From Ascoidea asiatica JCM 7603 (lineage: Eukaryota > Fungi > Ascomycota), in contig BCKQ01000012.1 of assembly GCA_001600695.1 (NCBI GenBank), positions 313,779 to 357,528 on the forward strand: 43,750 nt of DNA, given 5' to 3'. A program made the position numbers and the translations under genes. Shown here piece by piece: positions 22,605 to 35,676 of the stretch (position 1 is the first letter of the stretch; the number at the start of each line of letters is the position of its first letter). Below the pieces are notes generated by a model. The model did no database searches and was not told the DNA's origin. It saw only the letters and a program-made list of their open reading frames with translations.

Positions 22605-24143
22605 ATGGTAAGTTTAAAAGAAATTAAAAAACATAATAATTTTAAAGATTGTTGGATAATTGTAAATAAAAAAGTTTTTGATGTAACTGAATTTTTACCA
22701 GAACATCCTGGTGGTCAAAAAATTATTTTAAGATTTGCTGGTAAAGATTCAACAAAAAAATTTCTTGAAATTCATCCATTTGATATTATTGAAAAATATT
22801 TACCAGAAGATAAATTTAAAGGTTTTGTTGATGAAGTAAATGATAATAATAAAATAAAAGAAATCGATGATTCTAAAAAAGAAGAAGAACAAGATGAAGA
22901 AGAAGAAGAAGAGGAAGAAATTATTGATGAAGATGAATTGAAAAGATTGGATTTAATTAAAAGAAAACCATTATTAAGTCAAATTTATAATTTAAATGAT
23001 TTTGAATATATTGCATCAAAAATTATGAAAAAACAAGCTTGGGCTTATTATTCTTCAGGTTCTGATGATGAAATAACTTTAAGAGAAAATCATTTAATTT
23101 ATCAAAGAATTTTTTTTAAACCAAGGATTTTAAAAAATGTTAAATTTATAAAATTTAATACAAAAATTTTAGGTTTTGATACATCATTACCAATTTATAT
23201 TACTGCAACTGCTTTAGGTAAATTAGGTCATAAAGATGGTGAAAAAGTTTTAACAAGATCATGTTTTAAAAATAATTTAATTCAAATGATTCCAACTTTA
23301 TCATCATGTTCATTTAATGAAATTATTAATGAAAAAGGTAATTTAAATCAAATTCAATTTTTTCAATTATATGTTAATTCAAATAGAAAAATTACTGAAA
23401 ATATTATAAAAGATTGTGAAAAAAATAATATCAAAGCAATTTTTGTTACTGTTGATGCTCCACAATTAGGTAGAAGAGAAAAAGATATGAGATCAAAATT
23501 TAATAATATATCTTCAATTCAAAAAGATATAAATGAAGAAAATATTGATAATTCTCAAGGTGCTGCAAGAGCAATATCTTCATTTATTGATACATCTTTA
23601 AATTGGGATGATATTAAATGGCTTAAATCTATAACAAAATTACCAATAATTTTAAAAGGTATACAATGTGTTGAAGATGCAATAAAATCAATTGAATATA
23701 ATGTTGAAGGTATAGTAATTTCAAATCATGGTGGTAGACAATTAGAATTTTCAAGATCTTCTATTGAAATTTTAGAAGAATTAATACCAATTTTAAAAAA
23801 AAAAAATTTAGAAAATAAATTAGAAATTTTTATTGATGGTGGTATAAGAAGATCAACAGATATTTTAAAAGCAATTGCATTAGGTGCAAAAGCTGTTGGA
23901 ATTGGTAGACCATTTTTATATGCAATGAGTACATATGGTGAAAATGGTGTAAATAAAGCTATTCAAATTTTAAAAGATGAATTAATTATGAATATGAGAT
24001 TATTAGGTGTAAGAAATTTAAATGAATTAAATAGATCATATATTGATACAACAAATATTAAAAATAGATTCTCAAATGGTGATAATTTATTTAATCAAGT
24101 TTATGAACCACTTAAATTACCTGAATTTAAACCAAAATTATAA
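22605..24143 (+). CDS. Flavocytochrome b2-like L-2-hydroxyacid/L-lactate dehydrogenase (CYB2-like) without mitochondrial presequence
   Basis: Cytochrome b5 domain (KHN..DCWIIVN..FDVTEFLPEHPGG) plus FMN domain (AWAYYSSGSDDEITLREN, TVDAPQLGRREKD, SNHGGRQL, DGGIRR, GRPFLY). Ends in PKL. Confidence 0.93.
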   Translation: MVSLKEIKKHNNFKDCWIIVNKKVFDVTEFLPEHPGGQKIILRFAGKDSTKKFLEIHPFDIIEKYLPEDKFKGFVDEVNDNNKIKEIDDSKKEEEQDEEEEEEEEIIDEDELKRLDLIKRKPLLSQIYNLNDFEYIASKIMKKQAWAYYSSGSDDEITLRENHLIYQRIFFKPRILKNVKFIKFNTKILGFDTSLPIYITATALGKLGHKDGEKVLTRSCFKNNLIQMIPTLSSCSFNEIINEKGNLNQIQFFQLYVNSNRKITENIIKDCEKNNIKAIFVTVDAPQLGRREKDMRSKFNNISSIQKDINEENIDNSQGAARAISSFIDTSLNWDDIKWLKSITKLPIILKGIQCVEDAIKSIEYNVEGIVISNHGGRQLEFSRSSIEILEELIPILKKKNLENKLEIFIDGGIRRSTDILKAIALGAKAVGIGRPFLYAMSTYGENGVNKAIQILKDELIMNMRLLGVRNLNELNRSYIDTTNIKNRFSNGDNLFNQVYEPLKLPEFKPKL

Positions 24144-24964
24144 TTACTTCTCATCATTTATCACTCACTCTCTATCTTAACTTATATGAAAAATATACAG
24201 TATGTATATATATATATTTCATAAATAAAATCATCTTCTTTTTTTTTATCAATCTTATTCTCTATTGGATTATTTTATAAAATCCGATTAAAATTTCATA
24301 TTTTTTTAGAATTACATAATAAACAGACTATTGTTACGTAATCATCCGACATAGCCAAAAAAGCTTGTTTTAAGCCTGAGCGTGCGCTCGTGTGTGTTTG
24401 TATGCTTTCTGGTACTCCTTTGTGCAGCTGTGTGCATTTTTTGTTTTTGTGGAAGAATTAAAATTTAAAAAAGTAAACAAAAACGAAAGCAAAAGTAATT
24501 CAAAGAAGAAAGAAACAAAGAAAGAATCAACAAATGACGAATAAAAGAAGTAAGCCACTGGCGAGGTGGTGGAAGTCTGACAAATAAAGAAGAAAAAAGA
24601 GAAGAAACCAGAGTTGAACTGAAATTGAGTGAGTTTTTCGACTTCTCCTTCAAATGAGTTTGAGAATGTTGCAAGTTTAGACTGAAATAAACATTAAAAA
24701 TACTTTTAAAGTAAAGTGAAAAGCCTGACAGGTTATTTGGTTATCAACATTGCACAGCCATTTGAATCGGATACGAATTGAAATAAAGAAAGCTATTAGA
24801 AAAGTATAAGTATAAGTATAAGTATTAACCAAAATTCCATATCTCAATTTCTTTTTTAATTATTATTTCTCTTTCTCTTGGCACTGTTTTACTTCATAAA
24901 AACAATTAACTATTATTTTAAATAGTAACTAATATAAACAGTATATAAATTACAATATAATAAA

Positions 24965-25123
24965 ATGAGTTATCAACAACCACAATATGGATATGCTCAA
25001 GGTCCACCACAACCAATTTATGTTCAACAAGCTCCTCCACCAAAAGAAGATGATTGTTTAACTCAATGTATAAAATGTCTTTGTTGTTGTTTTTTATTTG
25101 AAGCTGTTTGTGATATGTGCTGA
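24965..25123 (+). CDS. 52-aa CYSTM-family cysteine-rich membrane microprotein (YDR034W-B/Mnc1-like)
   Basis: MSYQQPQYGYAQGPPQPIYVQQAPPPKEDDCLTQCIKCLCCCFLFEAVCDMC*; AAAATG context; below the ORF-track size cut-off. Confidence 0.9.
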   Translation: MSYQQPQYGYAQGPPQPIYVQQAPPPKEDDCLTQCIKCLCCCFLFEAVCDMC

Positions 25124-25971
25124 ATATTCAAGAATTAATTATTCAATTTCAATTTCAATCTACTCAATCTACTCAATAATCAAATTTTTTTTCAATTTTT
25201 ATCAATTCTATTCCTTCTACTTCTCTGCTTTTATCATAATAATATCATTCATAATAACTACTTATAATTTATATATTATATACAGTATCATATAAATTTA
25301 ATTAATACATAATTTTATTCTTATTTCAATTCTTAATCAGATTACTAATCGCTTACGTCAGCTTTTGTTTCAATTCAAAATGTCTTTCTTTTAAATTCTA
25401 AAAACGTTTTTATCCAAAAATATTGAAATATTGAGATTTATTATTGAAAATGGCTTTAATATTTCTATTTGCTTTGATATATTGAATTGAATTATATTGA
25501 ATTGAATTGAATTATCTTATTTGATCTAATATATAAACTATTCATTAATCCTAAATTATATTTCTTTATTATCTTTCTTTCGTTTGTTTAATATTCTTTA
25601 TCATTCATTCAAATTCAAATATATTTTAATTCACTCTAATTTCCAAGAAAGCCAAGATTCAAAAAGGGCTTATCATTACTTTTGTTTGTAATTTTATCTT
25701 CACCTACTTAACAAAGTAAATAAACTAAATAAATTAAAAAGAAGTAAATATTGTCATACTGTATTTGTAATATATTTGTAAATATTCTTTAATATATTTA
25801 TATATCTAATAATCCTTTTATATTCAATCATATACTATATCTAATAATATATCTAATCTTATATATAATCTTATATTCATTCAATCATTTTAAGATTCAT
25901 TCAATCAAAGATCAATTAATCAATAATATATTCAAATAAATAATAGGTAAATAATAGATAAATAATAAATT

Positions 25972-26130
25972 ATGTCTTATCCACCACCTCAAGGTCAATA
26001 TTATCCTCAACAACAACCAATATATATTCAACAAGCTCCTCAAAAAGAAGATGATGGTTGTTGTTGTAAATGTATAAAATTCTTATTATGTTGTTGGCTT
26101 TGTACTGAAGTTATGGATAATTGTTGTTAA
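25972..26130 (+). CDS. Second 52-aa CYSTM-family microprotein, tandem paralog
   Basis: MSYPPPQGQYYPQQQPIYIQQAPQKEDDGCCCKCIKFLLCCWLCTEVMDNCC*; shares QPIYxQQAP-KEDD-CIK with the first copy. Confidence 0.9.
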   Translation: MSYPPPQGQYYPQQQPIYIQQAPQKEDDGCCCKCIKFLLCCWLCTEVMDNCC

Positions 26131-26548
26131 TTAATTATTAATTATATAAATTATATAAACATATTATTAAAATTTAAATTAATATTATAATTAAATCAAA
26201 ATAATTCAAAAGAACTTAAAAGAAATTAAAAGAAAGTAAAAGAAATTAAAGAAATTAAAGAAATTGACAAGATTAAGAAATTGGGAAACTAAAAGAATAA
26301 TCAACAAAGCAATTAAATAGATAATTAAATAATTAATAAATAAACATATAAGCATATAAGCATATAAAAATATAAATAATAAAATGAAAATTGAAAAAAA
26401 AAAAAAAAGATATATATATAGTAAATATTTAATGTCCATATTGCGTGCCTAAAAAAAATTGAAATTTATTCAAAAAAAAAAAAAATAACAATATGATTGA
26501 AAAATTTTGTAATAGAATAAAATGAAAACTTAAAATAAAATTGAAATA

Positions 26549-28589
26549 TTAAACTTTTTGATGCTTATTACCACCAAATAATCTTTTAAGTTTTTTCATT
26601 TTACCCTCACTTGATTCATTATTTTTTTCTTTTTTATTTTTATCTTTATCTTTTCCATTTAATTTACTCTTCGATTTTTTTTTATCCTTATTTTTCATCA
26701 TTTTTGTACTCTTTATTTCAACACTATTAACCGTAGTTGGTGCTGTATAATTAGAAGCATCACTACCATTACTAACATTTCGTAAATCCTTTTTCATCCC
26801 TACTGGCTTTAGGTTATTATTATTGTTAATATTATTGTTGTTGTTGTTGACAATATTATTTGATGAAAAATTAATTCCTTCTTCAGATTCCAGATCTGAA
26901 TCTGCAAATCTTGATTTAAATGTACTCATTGGATTATATTCTTCTTCATTTTTAGATATTATTTCTTGTTTTGAATTATTAGGTGTATAATAGGTTTCCT
27001 GAAGTTCTTCTTGTCCTAATTGTTGTGATTCATATTCATTTGATCTTGGATCTCTTAATGACATTCTTTTAAATGCAATATTTTTTTGTTTATCCGGTCT
27101 AACTTTTTCAAAACTACTCGATCTTATTAATGGTAATTCTGTCATTTTAGTACTAATAATTGGTTTTGTACTATATTTACGAGAATTAGATTTGGAATTT
27201 ATTGGTTCAATTGTTCTTACTGATTTTTTACCATTAATACTTGAATTTCTTTTAACTTTAATTTGACTTATTGTTCTTGTTTTCATTTTTGGATTTATTC
27301 TTGAACTCATTCTTGGTTTTATTTTATTTTTTAATGGTGAAGATTCAACTGATGAATAATTCATTTCATCATTTTCTTCTATTGGTACTGTTGGAGGAGA
27401 TATTAAAGATGTAAAATTAATTTTTTTTTTTGAAACTGGTGAAGTTTCATTTGAACTTTTATTTTTTTCTAAAGTTTGAAAAGAATGAATTGTATTTCTA
27501 TTACGACCTCTTGATACTTTATCAACTTTTGATGTTGGTGGATTTGCTCTTAATGATAATAATCTTGGTTTTTGTTGAGTTTGATTTTCAGTTCCTCTTA
27601 AAGTTGTTAAAATTATTGCTTTAGGATTTGGACTTGTATTATTTGAATTATCTCTCATTGAAGTTCTAAAAGATGAAGATCTTGATCTTGTTTTTATAGT
27701 TGTAGATTTTGCACCAGGAGTTAAATTTGCATTTAATCTTGTATTTTCAGCTGTTGTTAAAGAAAGATAAGCATCAGTTGCAGGATTATTTTGAATTTGA
27801 ACTTGATTTTGATTTTGATTTTGATTTTGATTTTGATTTTGATTTTGTTTTGGTGTTGAATCAGAAATATTACTATGAATTGAAGAATTTGAATTTTTTA
27901 AAGCAGATTTTCTTTTATAATTTCCAACTTTTGCATTAGGTTTTTCATCACCTATTGAAATTATAATATCATCATTATCATCATCATTATAATTATTACT
28001 ATTATTATTTATAATTGGACTATTATTTTTACTATCTTTAGTTACAGTTAATATTGGAATTGCATTTGATTGACGAATATATTGAGCCATAGACAGTTTT
28101 GTATTATTTATATTTGTATCATTTATATTAGTTGAATCTTTTTTAATAAATTGTATTGGAGATGAAGGAACTTGATTATTTTCTTCAGTTGAAGTTTCAC
28201 TTGGAATACCATCAGATCTTAAAGGAGTTGAAGGATTTTGAGATGAAGAAGATATTGAAATATTATTACTTGACTCATTTGAATTATTTGAATTATTTGA
28301 ATCATTTGAAGAAGGTTTAGAAGAAATTTGAGAAGAAATTATTGGAGCATTTTTTAAAGATTCTAAAGGAATATTTTTTGAATCTTCATTTGAATTTAAA
28401 TTTTCATTTAAAATTTCATTTACATTTTCATTTGAGATTTCAATTGAATTTGAATGAGCATCAGTAAATGAAGTTTTTGAACTATTTGTATTTGATTGTG
28501 AAGTTGAAAATTTCTCAATTGATTCCAGATTTTTATCATTAATTATTTCAGATTTTTGATTTTCAATAATTTTTTCATTCAAATTAGAT

Positions 28590-28620
<31 letters not shown>

Positions 28621-30208
28621 CATTATTATTATTATTATTAGAAGAAGAAATTATATCTTTTTTATTAATATTATCTTGATTAATAAGATCTTCATCATTT
28701 TCATCATCAATTTCTAAGATTTCTGCATTTGATTCAATTAAAGGTTCCAGTTCATTATCATCAATTTGATTATTATCAATAATTTGATTATTATTAATAA
28801 TTTGATCTATTGGAGAAGTTGAAGATGAAGAAATTATAGATTGTGGTTGTAATTGTTGTTGCTGTTGAATTGGAGGAGGAGGAGAACGAATTCTTGGATG
28901 TTTTTCTTTTGGATAAGATTCAACAGAAGTTTTATTTAAAGGTTCAATAATTTTATTAGTTGAAATTTCATTTGGTTGAATAATTTCAACTTTTGTATTA
29001 AATTTTGGTCTTGGTTTATTATTATTATTGTTGTTGTTATTATTGTTGTTGTTATTTATGGAATTAAAATTTTTAGGTAAATGATTAGTTGGATTTGATA
29101 AATTTGAACTTGAATTTGAATTTGAAGCAGAATGAGAATGAGCTTTAAATTTATTAAAACTTGGAGAAGATGGAGTTGATAATGAATTTCTAAATTTATT
29201 TTTATTAAAAGTATTAGTGGTGTTATTATTGTTGTTGCTATGATTTAAATTTTGAATAGATATAAAATTTAATGAATTACTTCTTGAATTATTTTTTGAA
29301 GTTGGTCTTGAATTTGATCTTGAAGATGGTCTTGAATTATTTGAAATTCTTTGAGATTTTATTATTGAATTTGTTCTTTGAATTGATTTATTATATTCTA
29401 ATTCAGGAATTTCAATTAATTGTAAACCAGAAGAAGTTGGTACATATTTTCTAATCATTTTAATTTTTTTTTCATTATTATTGTTATTCATATTGTTATG
29501 ATTATGATTATGATTATGATTATGTATATGATTATCATTTTGAATATTATTATCTATATTATTACCATCAATTTTAGATAATAATTTAATTTCATTTTTT
29601 GGATATTTTGTCATTGAATTTTTTTTTATTATTTGATTTTTATTATTAATGTTATTAGTGTTATTAATATTATTAATATTATTAATATTTGTTTCTGAGA
29701 AGGATACTTTTGTTGGAGGAGGTTTATAATTTGATGGATCTTTTATAAGCGCTGATTTTTTAGGAGATTTTAATAAAATATTATCATCATCTTTATCATT
29801 AATTTGATTGGGTTGATTATTTTGACTTATTTGATTATCTTGAGAGATTTTATGATTATTGTTATTATGATTAATGTTATTGTTATTGATATTATTGTTA
29901 TTTTTATTATTTGCGAGAATGAAATAATTGGATGTATTTGGTAAACTATTATATCTTTTATGAGATATATTATTATTATTATTATTATTATTTAAATCAT
30001 TTATATTCCTCACTTTATTTATATTATTTATATTATTTATGTTATTATTAGGTATATTTTTTTTACCAATTGCATTTGCAGCAGCTAAAGCATTTTTATC
30101 AATTTTTTTAAAATTAAAATTTTCTTTAATTAATTTATTTACACCAGTATAAGATTCTAAATTTGAATTTTTATTTTTTTTATTATTATTAAATGAAAAA
30201 ACACCCAT
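26549..30208 (-). CDS. SEG1: Eisosome-associated Seg1/Seg2-family protein
   Basis: ALAAANAIGK, IRKYVPTSSGLQLIEIP, AYLSLTTAENTRLNA, RSSSFEKVRP..FKRMSLR, FKSRFADSD, terminal KKLKRLFG. Confidence 0.85.
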
Positions 30209-31012
30209 ATTTGATTAAATTTATATTTATATTTATATTTATATTTATATATTATATATATATATATATATATATTTATGATAGATAATATTTGAATATC
30301 TATAGTATATTTTTTTTAGTTTGCTATTAGACCAAAATGAGACAAGAGAAAATAAAGATTAGCGGATTTGATAAGATGAATAACTAATGACAAGGGTAAT
30401 GATTAAGAATATGATTATTATATTATATTATATTGAATTTTTATTTGATTAGTTCTTAGATATTAGTTTTTGATGGATTAAATATATATATATTTAATGG
30501 ATAAATAGATAAATAAATAAGTACAAAAGATAGTAAACAGATAGTAAATAAGTAAATTAGTAAATAAAAGAGTGAAATGCAGTGAAATTGAAGGTGAAAT
30601 TGATAAATAAAGGCAAAAAGAATTGGCATTTAACATTTGGTGTTTATTTTGTTTATTTTACTTTATTCTTTATTCTTTAGTACTGAGTGCTAGCAGTGGC
30701 AGTGGCTCTCGTCTACCACCGCGGTGGCACTGCTGGGCTTGCAACACCCGCCATTGGCATTTGAAGAAGCACGGGCGAGTACCGTGGTAGTGGTAGTAAA
30801 AGATGGAGATTACGTAAGTGGTTATAAAACCGTATTCACGTGCATGCTTTATCACATGACTGGTTTAAATCCAATTATATGGTACTTCAATCATCGTATA
30901 ACTTTACTCATCTCTCGAACTCAAAATAATTATTCATTTCTCTTGACTTTGATTTGAGATTTGAAAGCAATTGAATAAAACCTTCAAAAACAACTTATTC
31001 AACTTATTCAAC

Positions 31013-31591
<579 letters not shown>

Positions 31592-31831
31592 TTAATCTGT
31601 ATTTGTATTTGTATTTGTAATTGTAATTGTAATTGTAATTGTAATTGTAATTGTAATTGTAATTGTAATTATATTTATATATCCTTTATTTATTAATAAT
31701 CATTAATAATTTAATATATTGTTAGCTAACAATCAAATAGTATTAAATCCCTTGGTAATCTGCTCCTTCTCCAGAAACTCAATTAACTCTCTCAGTCAGG
31801 TGAATAATCCCCCACTCGATGTTTTAGCATC

Positions 31832-32025
31832 CTCATCGCTGGTTTTTTTGTTTCCATGGGTGAATAAATAATATACGGACACTGGACATTAGTTTAAATA
31901 AATCAGGTCACTCAATGTCCTAAATCTAAGTTTTGTAGTTACCCTGCAAACTATTTTTATTTTCATAATTTTCATAATTTTATATTTGAAATTTTAATTT
32001 TTTTATATTTTTTTTTGAAATTTTT
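31832..32025 (+). promoter_or_regulatory. PAC and RRPE ribosome-biogenesis motifs upstream of RPA49
   Basis: CTCATCGC 31832-31839 and TGAAATTTTT 32016-32025, as expected for a Pol I subunit gene. Confidence 0.55.
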
Positions 32026-32104
32026 GAAATTTTGATTCATTTGAAAGAAATTTAATGAATAAAAACTTAAGTTTTAAATAATAAATGTAAATAATCCTTT
32101 AATA

Positions 32105-32272
32105 ATGCCAAGTGATAAAAGGAAAATAGATCAAATTAATGATCAAAATCAAAAAAATACTTCAATATTATCAATTTCTGATTATATTTCATCTCCATCT
32201 TTTGTTATTGGAAATTTCTTTAATGGTTTTAAATCTTCAAATAATGCTCAATTTAAATTTTATTCAAATAAT

Positions 32273-32310
<38 letters not shown>

Positions 32311-32548
32311 ATCAAATAAAAAAAAATCAATTAAATCAAATAATGTATTAAAATCAAATTTATTATTTGGTGATGATTCAAATTTAAAATTTAAATCAAT
32401 AGAATCTGATAATCAATTAAATAATTATTCAATTGCAATTTTTGATAAATTAACTAAAAAAATTAAAATTTATAATAAAATTCCATTAGAATCAATTCAA
32501 ATTAATTCAAATTCAAATTTTAATTCAAATTCAAATGAAATAGATTCA

Positions 32549-32585
<37 letters not shown>

Positions 32586-33541
32586 TTCCAAAATTTAATC
32601 AAAAAAATATAAAAATTACTGATCAAAGAACAAAATTAGGTAAAAGTTTTGGTACAAAAAAAGCAAAAAAAATTATTGATGATATTGAAAGAAATAAAAT
32701 TGATACAAATGATATTGAAAATGATTTAAAAATTGATATTATTGATAATATTAATAATTTAACAAAAAATTTACCAACAAGAGAAATTTTAATTAATGAA
32801 TTAAATCAAAATTCAAGACCAATACCAAATTTTAATTTAAATGCAAAAATTGTTGATGAAATTTATCCAATTTATTCAATTTTATCAAAAAAAGAATATG
32901 ATATTATTAGAATTAATCAATTTTTAAAAAATGATATAAATGATAATGAAAAATTAGATTTATTACCTTTTAAAGATTCATTTTATTTAAAAAATTTTTT
33001 AAAAAATTTAAATTCAGATACTTTAGAAATTTCAATGAATAATCAAATTAAAAATTTTAAATTATTAAATTATTTATCACTTTTATTATGTTTTTATAAT
33101 AATAGAAATAGAATTTATTCAAAACAAAAATTTATTGATTTTTTAAATAATCAACCTTCAGAAATTTTAATTGATAATCTTTTACAAAATTTTACAAGTA
33201 ATAAAATTACTGATTTTGGTAAATCAAAAGAAAAATCATTTTTTATTGATCCACATAATGAAGATAAATTAGCTTGTTATATAATTGTATTAATTTTACA
33301 TTTAGAAAATTTTAAAATTAAAGTAAGTCCATTGGCAAATGAATTATCTTTAAAACCTTCAAGATTAGTAATTTTATTAAGAAATCTTGGTTGTGTTGTA
33401 AAATTTCCAACAATTTCAGAAGCTGAATTATTAAAAATTCCAAAAGAATCAATAAAATCAACTCAAATTGCTGTTTTAAAGGCTCCATTGAAATTACCTC
33501 CAATGACAAAAAGAGCTCGTCGTACTGCTACTCGTAGATAA
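32105..33541 (+). CDS. RPA49: RNA polymerase I subunit A49
   Basis: IGNFFNGF, RTKLGKSFGTKKAKK, SRPIPNFNLNA, FGKSKEKSFFIDPHNEDKL, LANELSLKPSRL, AVLKAPLKLP. Confidence 0.94.
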
Positions 33542-33969
33542 TCATAATCTCATCTCCTATATATTCTTATATATATCCTTATATATCTATATAACTTCAT
33601 AACTTCATATATCATTATATATTCATCTACATTATTCCACAAAACAATTCATAAATTATCTTAATTTACCATTAATATCAAAATAGGGAAATCCGCTTCC
33701 GCTTATATAAGGATTTACATAATTACCATACTAATTCTTAATGTTGCATCCAACGTTTATAGAAGTTCTTTTTCCGTGGGCACGGAAATGTTTTTGAAAT
33801 TTTTAATTAAATTTAATACAGAAAATTTTTTCAAATTGAACGAGAAATTTTGAAATTGAAATTGAAATTGAGAAATAAAGACAAAATTGAGTTGAATTCA
33901 ATAAAGTAATAAGAAAAGAAACTTAAACTTAATTATTTTCATAAAAATTCATAATATATAATCATAAAA

Positions 33970-35676
33970 ATGTCTGTAATTGGTATATCTTTTGGTAATT
34001 CAACTTCTTCTATTGCAGTTGTTACTTCAGATGGTAAAGTTGATGTCATAGCTAATCCAGATGGTGAAAGAGCTATTCCATCTGCTTTATCTTATGTAAA
34101 TTCAGATGAATATCATGGTGGTCAAGCTATTAGTCAATTAGTTAGAAATCCAAAAAATACAATAACTCATTTTAGAGATTTTATTGGTTTACCTTTTGAA
34201 AAAATAGATCCAACAGTTTGTCAATTTTCTTGTAAACCAATTAATTTAAATGGTAAAGTTGGTTTTAAAATTTCAAAAAAAATAACTCAAAAAAAATCAA
34301 ATGATGATGAAAGTAAAAATGATATTGATGGTGATGAAGAAGAAATTACTGTTGAAGAAACTTTAACTATTGATGAAGTTGTAACAAGACATTTAAAACA
34401 ATTAAAATTAGCTGCTGAAGATTATATTGGTGAAAAAATTGAAAGTGTTGTAATGACAATTCCAACAAATTTTACTCAAGATCAAAAATTAGCTCTTAAA
34501 TCTTCAAGTGAAAAAGCTGGAATGAAAGTTTTACAATTTATTAATGAACCATCAGCTGCTTTATTAGCTCAAACTTCTAATTCAAAATCTTTAAAAGAAG
34601 ATAAATTATATGTAATTGCAGATTTTGGTGGAATAAGATCTGATTCTGCAGTTATAGCTGTTAGAGGTGGTATAATGACAATTTTAGCAACATCTCATGA
34701 TGAATTAGGTGGTGATAAATTAGATGAATGTTTAATGGAATTTTTTACAAAAGAATTTGAAAAAAAATATAAAGTTAATCCAAAAGAATCACCAAAATCA
34801 ATGGCAAAATTAAGAGATGCATGTATTACTGCAAAAAAAACTTTATCAAATGTTCAAACTTCAAATATATCTGTTGATTCTTTAGCTCAAGGTTATGATT
34901 ATAATTCAACAATTAATAGATTACGTTTTGAAGTTATTGCAAGAAATATTTTTACACAAATGACAACATTTATTGAATCAACTGTGAAAAAAGCAGGTTA
35001 TGATAATTTATTTATTGATGAAATTTTATTAGTTGGTGGTACATCATTTATTCCAAAAATTTCATCAAATTTAGAATTTATTTTCCCAGAAACAACAAAA
35101 ATTATTTCACCATCAATTGATTCAAAATCTATTGATCCAACTGAATTAATTGCTCGTGGTGCAGCTTTACAAGCTTTAATGGTTGAATCTTATGATGAAA
35201 ATGAAATTAATGAATCTTTACAACCAATTGTTTTAAATACTTTACATTTACCAAAAACTATTGGAATTTTAGATTCAAATAAAAAATTTCATCCAATTTT
35301 ATTTGCAGAAACTGCAGTTCCAATTAGAAAATCATTAAATTTAAAAATTTCTAAAAAAGGTGATTATTTAATTACAATTCTTGATGCAAAATCTCATATT
35401 AAAGAAACTAAAATAGAATTAAAAGAAAATGAAAAAAAAGATGATAATGATGATGATGAAAGTGATTGGTCAGATGAAGATGATGAACCAGAAATTAAAA
35501 GAGAAAAAGTTTATATTGATGAAACTAAATTAGCTGATATTGTTGTTAGTGTGGAAAATGATAATTCTTCAATTGAAATTATTCTTAGTGTTTTAAAAGA
35601 TGGTAAATTAGAAGTTGTTGGTAGAGAAGATAAAGTTGGTTCAGTTCCTGTAAAAGTTGAAATTTCATCTGAATAG
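33970..35676 (+). CDS. SSZ1: Atypical Hsp70 of the ribosome-associated complex
   Basis: VIGISFGNSTSSIA, VIANPDGERAIPSALSY, DEYHGGQA, IADFGGIRSDSAVIAVRGG, truncated C-terminal domain with acidic DWSDEDD patch. Confidence 0.96.
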   Translation: MSVIGISFGNSTSSIAVVTSDGKVDVIANPDGERAIPSALSYVNSDEYHGGQAISQLVRNPKNTITHFRDFIGLPFEKIDPTVCQFSCKPINLNGKVGFKISKKITQKKSNDDESKNDIDGDEEEITVEETLTIDEVVTRHLKQLKLAAEDYIGEKIESVVMTIPTNFTQDQKLALKSSSEKAGMKVLQFINEPSAALLAQTSNSKSLKEDKLYVIADFGGIRSDSAVIAVRGGIMTILATSHDELGGDKLDECLMEFFTKEFEKKYKVNPKESPKSMAKLRDACITAKKTLSNVQTSNISVDSLAQGYDYNSTINRLRFEVIARNIFTQMTTFIESTVKKAGYDNLFIDEILLVGGTSFIPKISSNLEFIFPETTKIISPSIDSKSIDPTELIARGAALQALMVESYDENEINESLQPIVLNTLHLPKTIGILDSNKKFHPILFAETAVPIRKSLNLKISKKGDYLITILDAKSHIKETKIELKENEKKDDNDDDESDWSDEDDEPEIKREKVYIDETKLADIVVSVENDNSSIEIILSVLKDGKLEVVGREDKVGSVPVKVEISSE

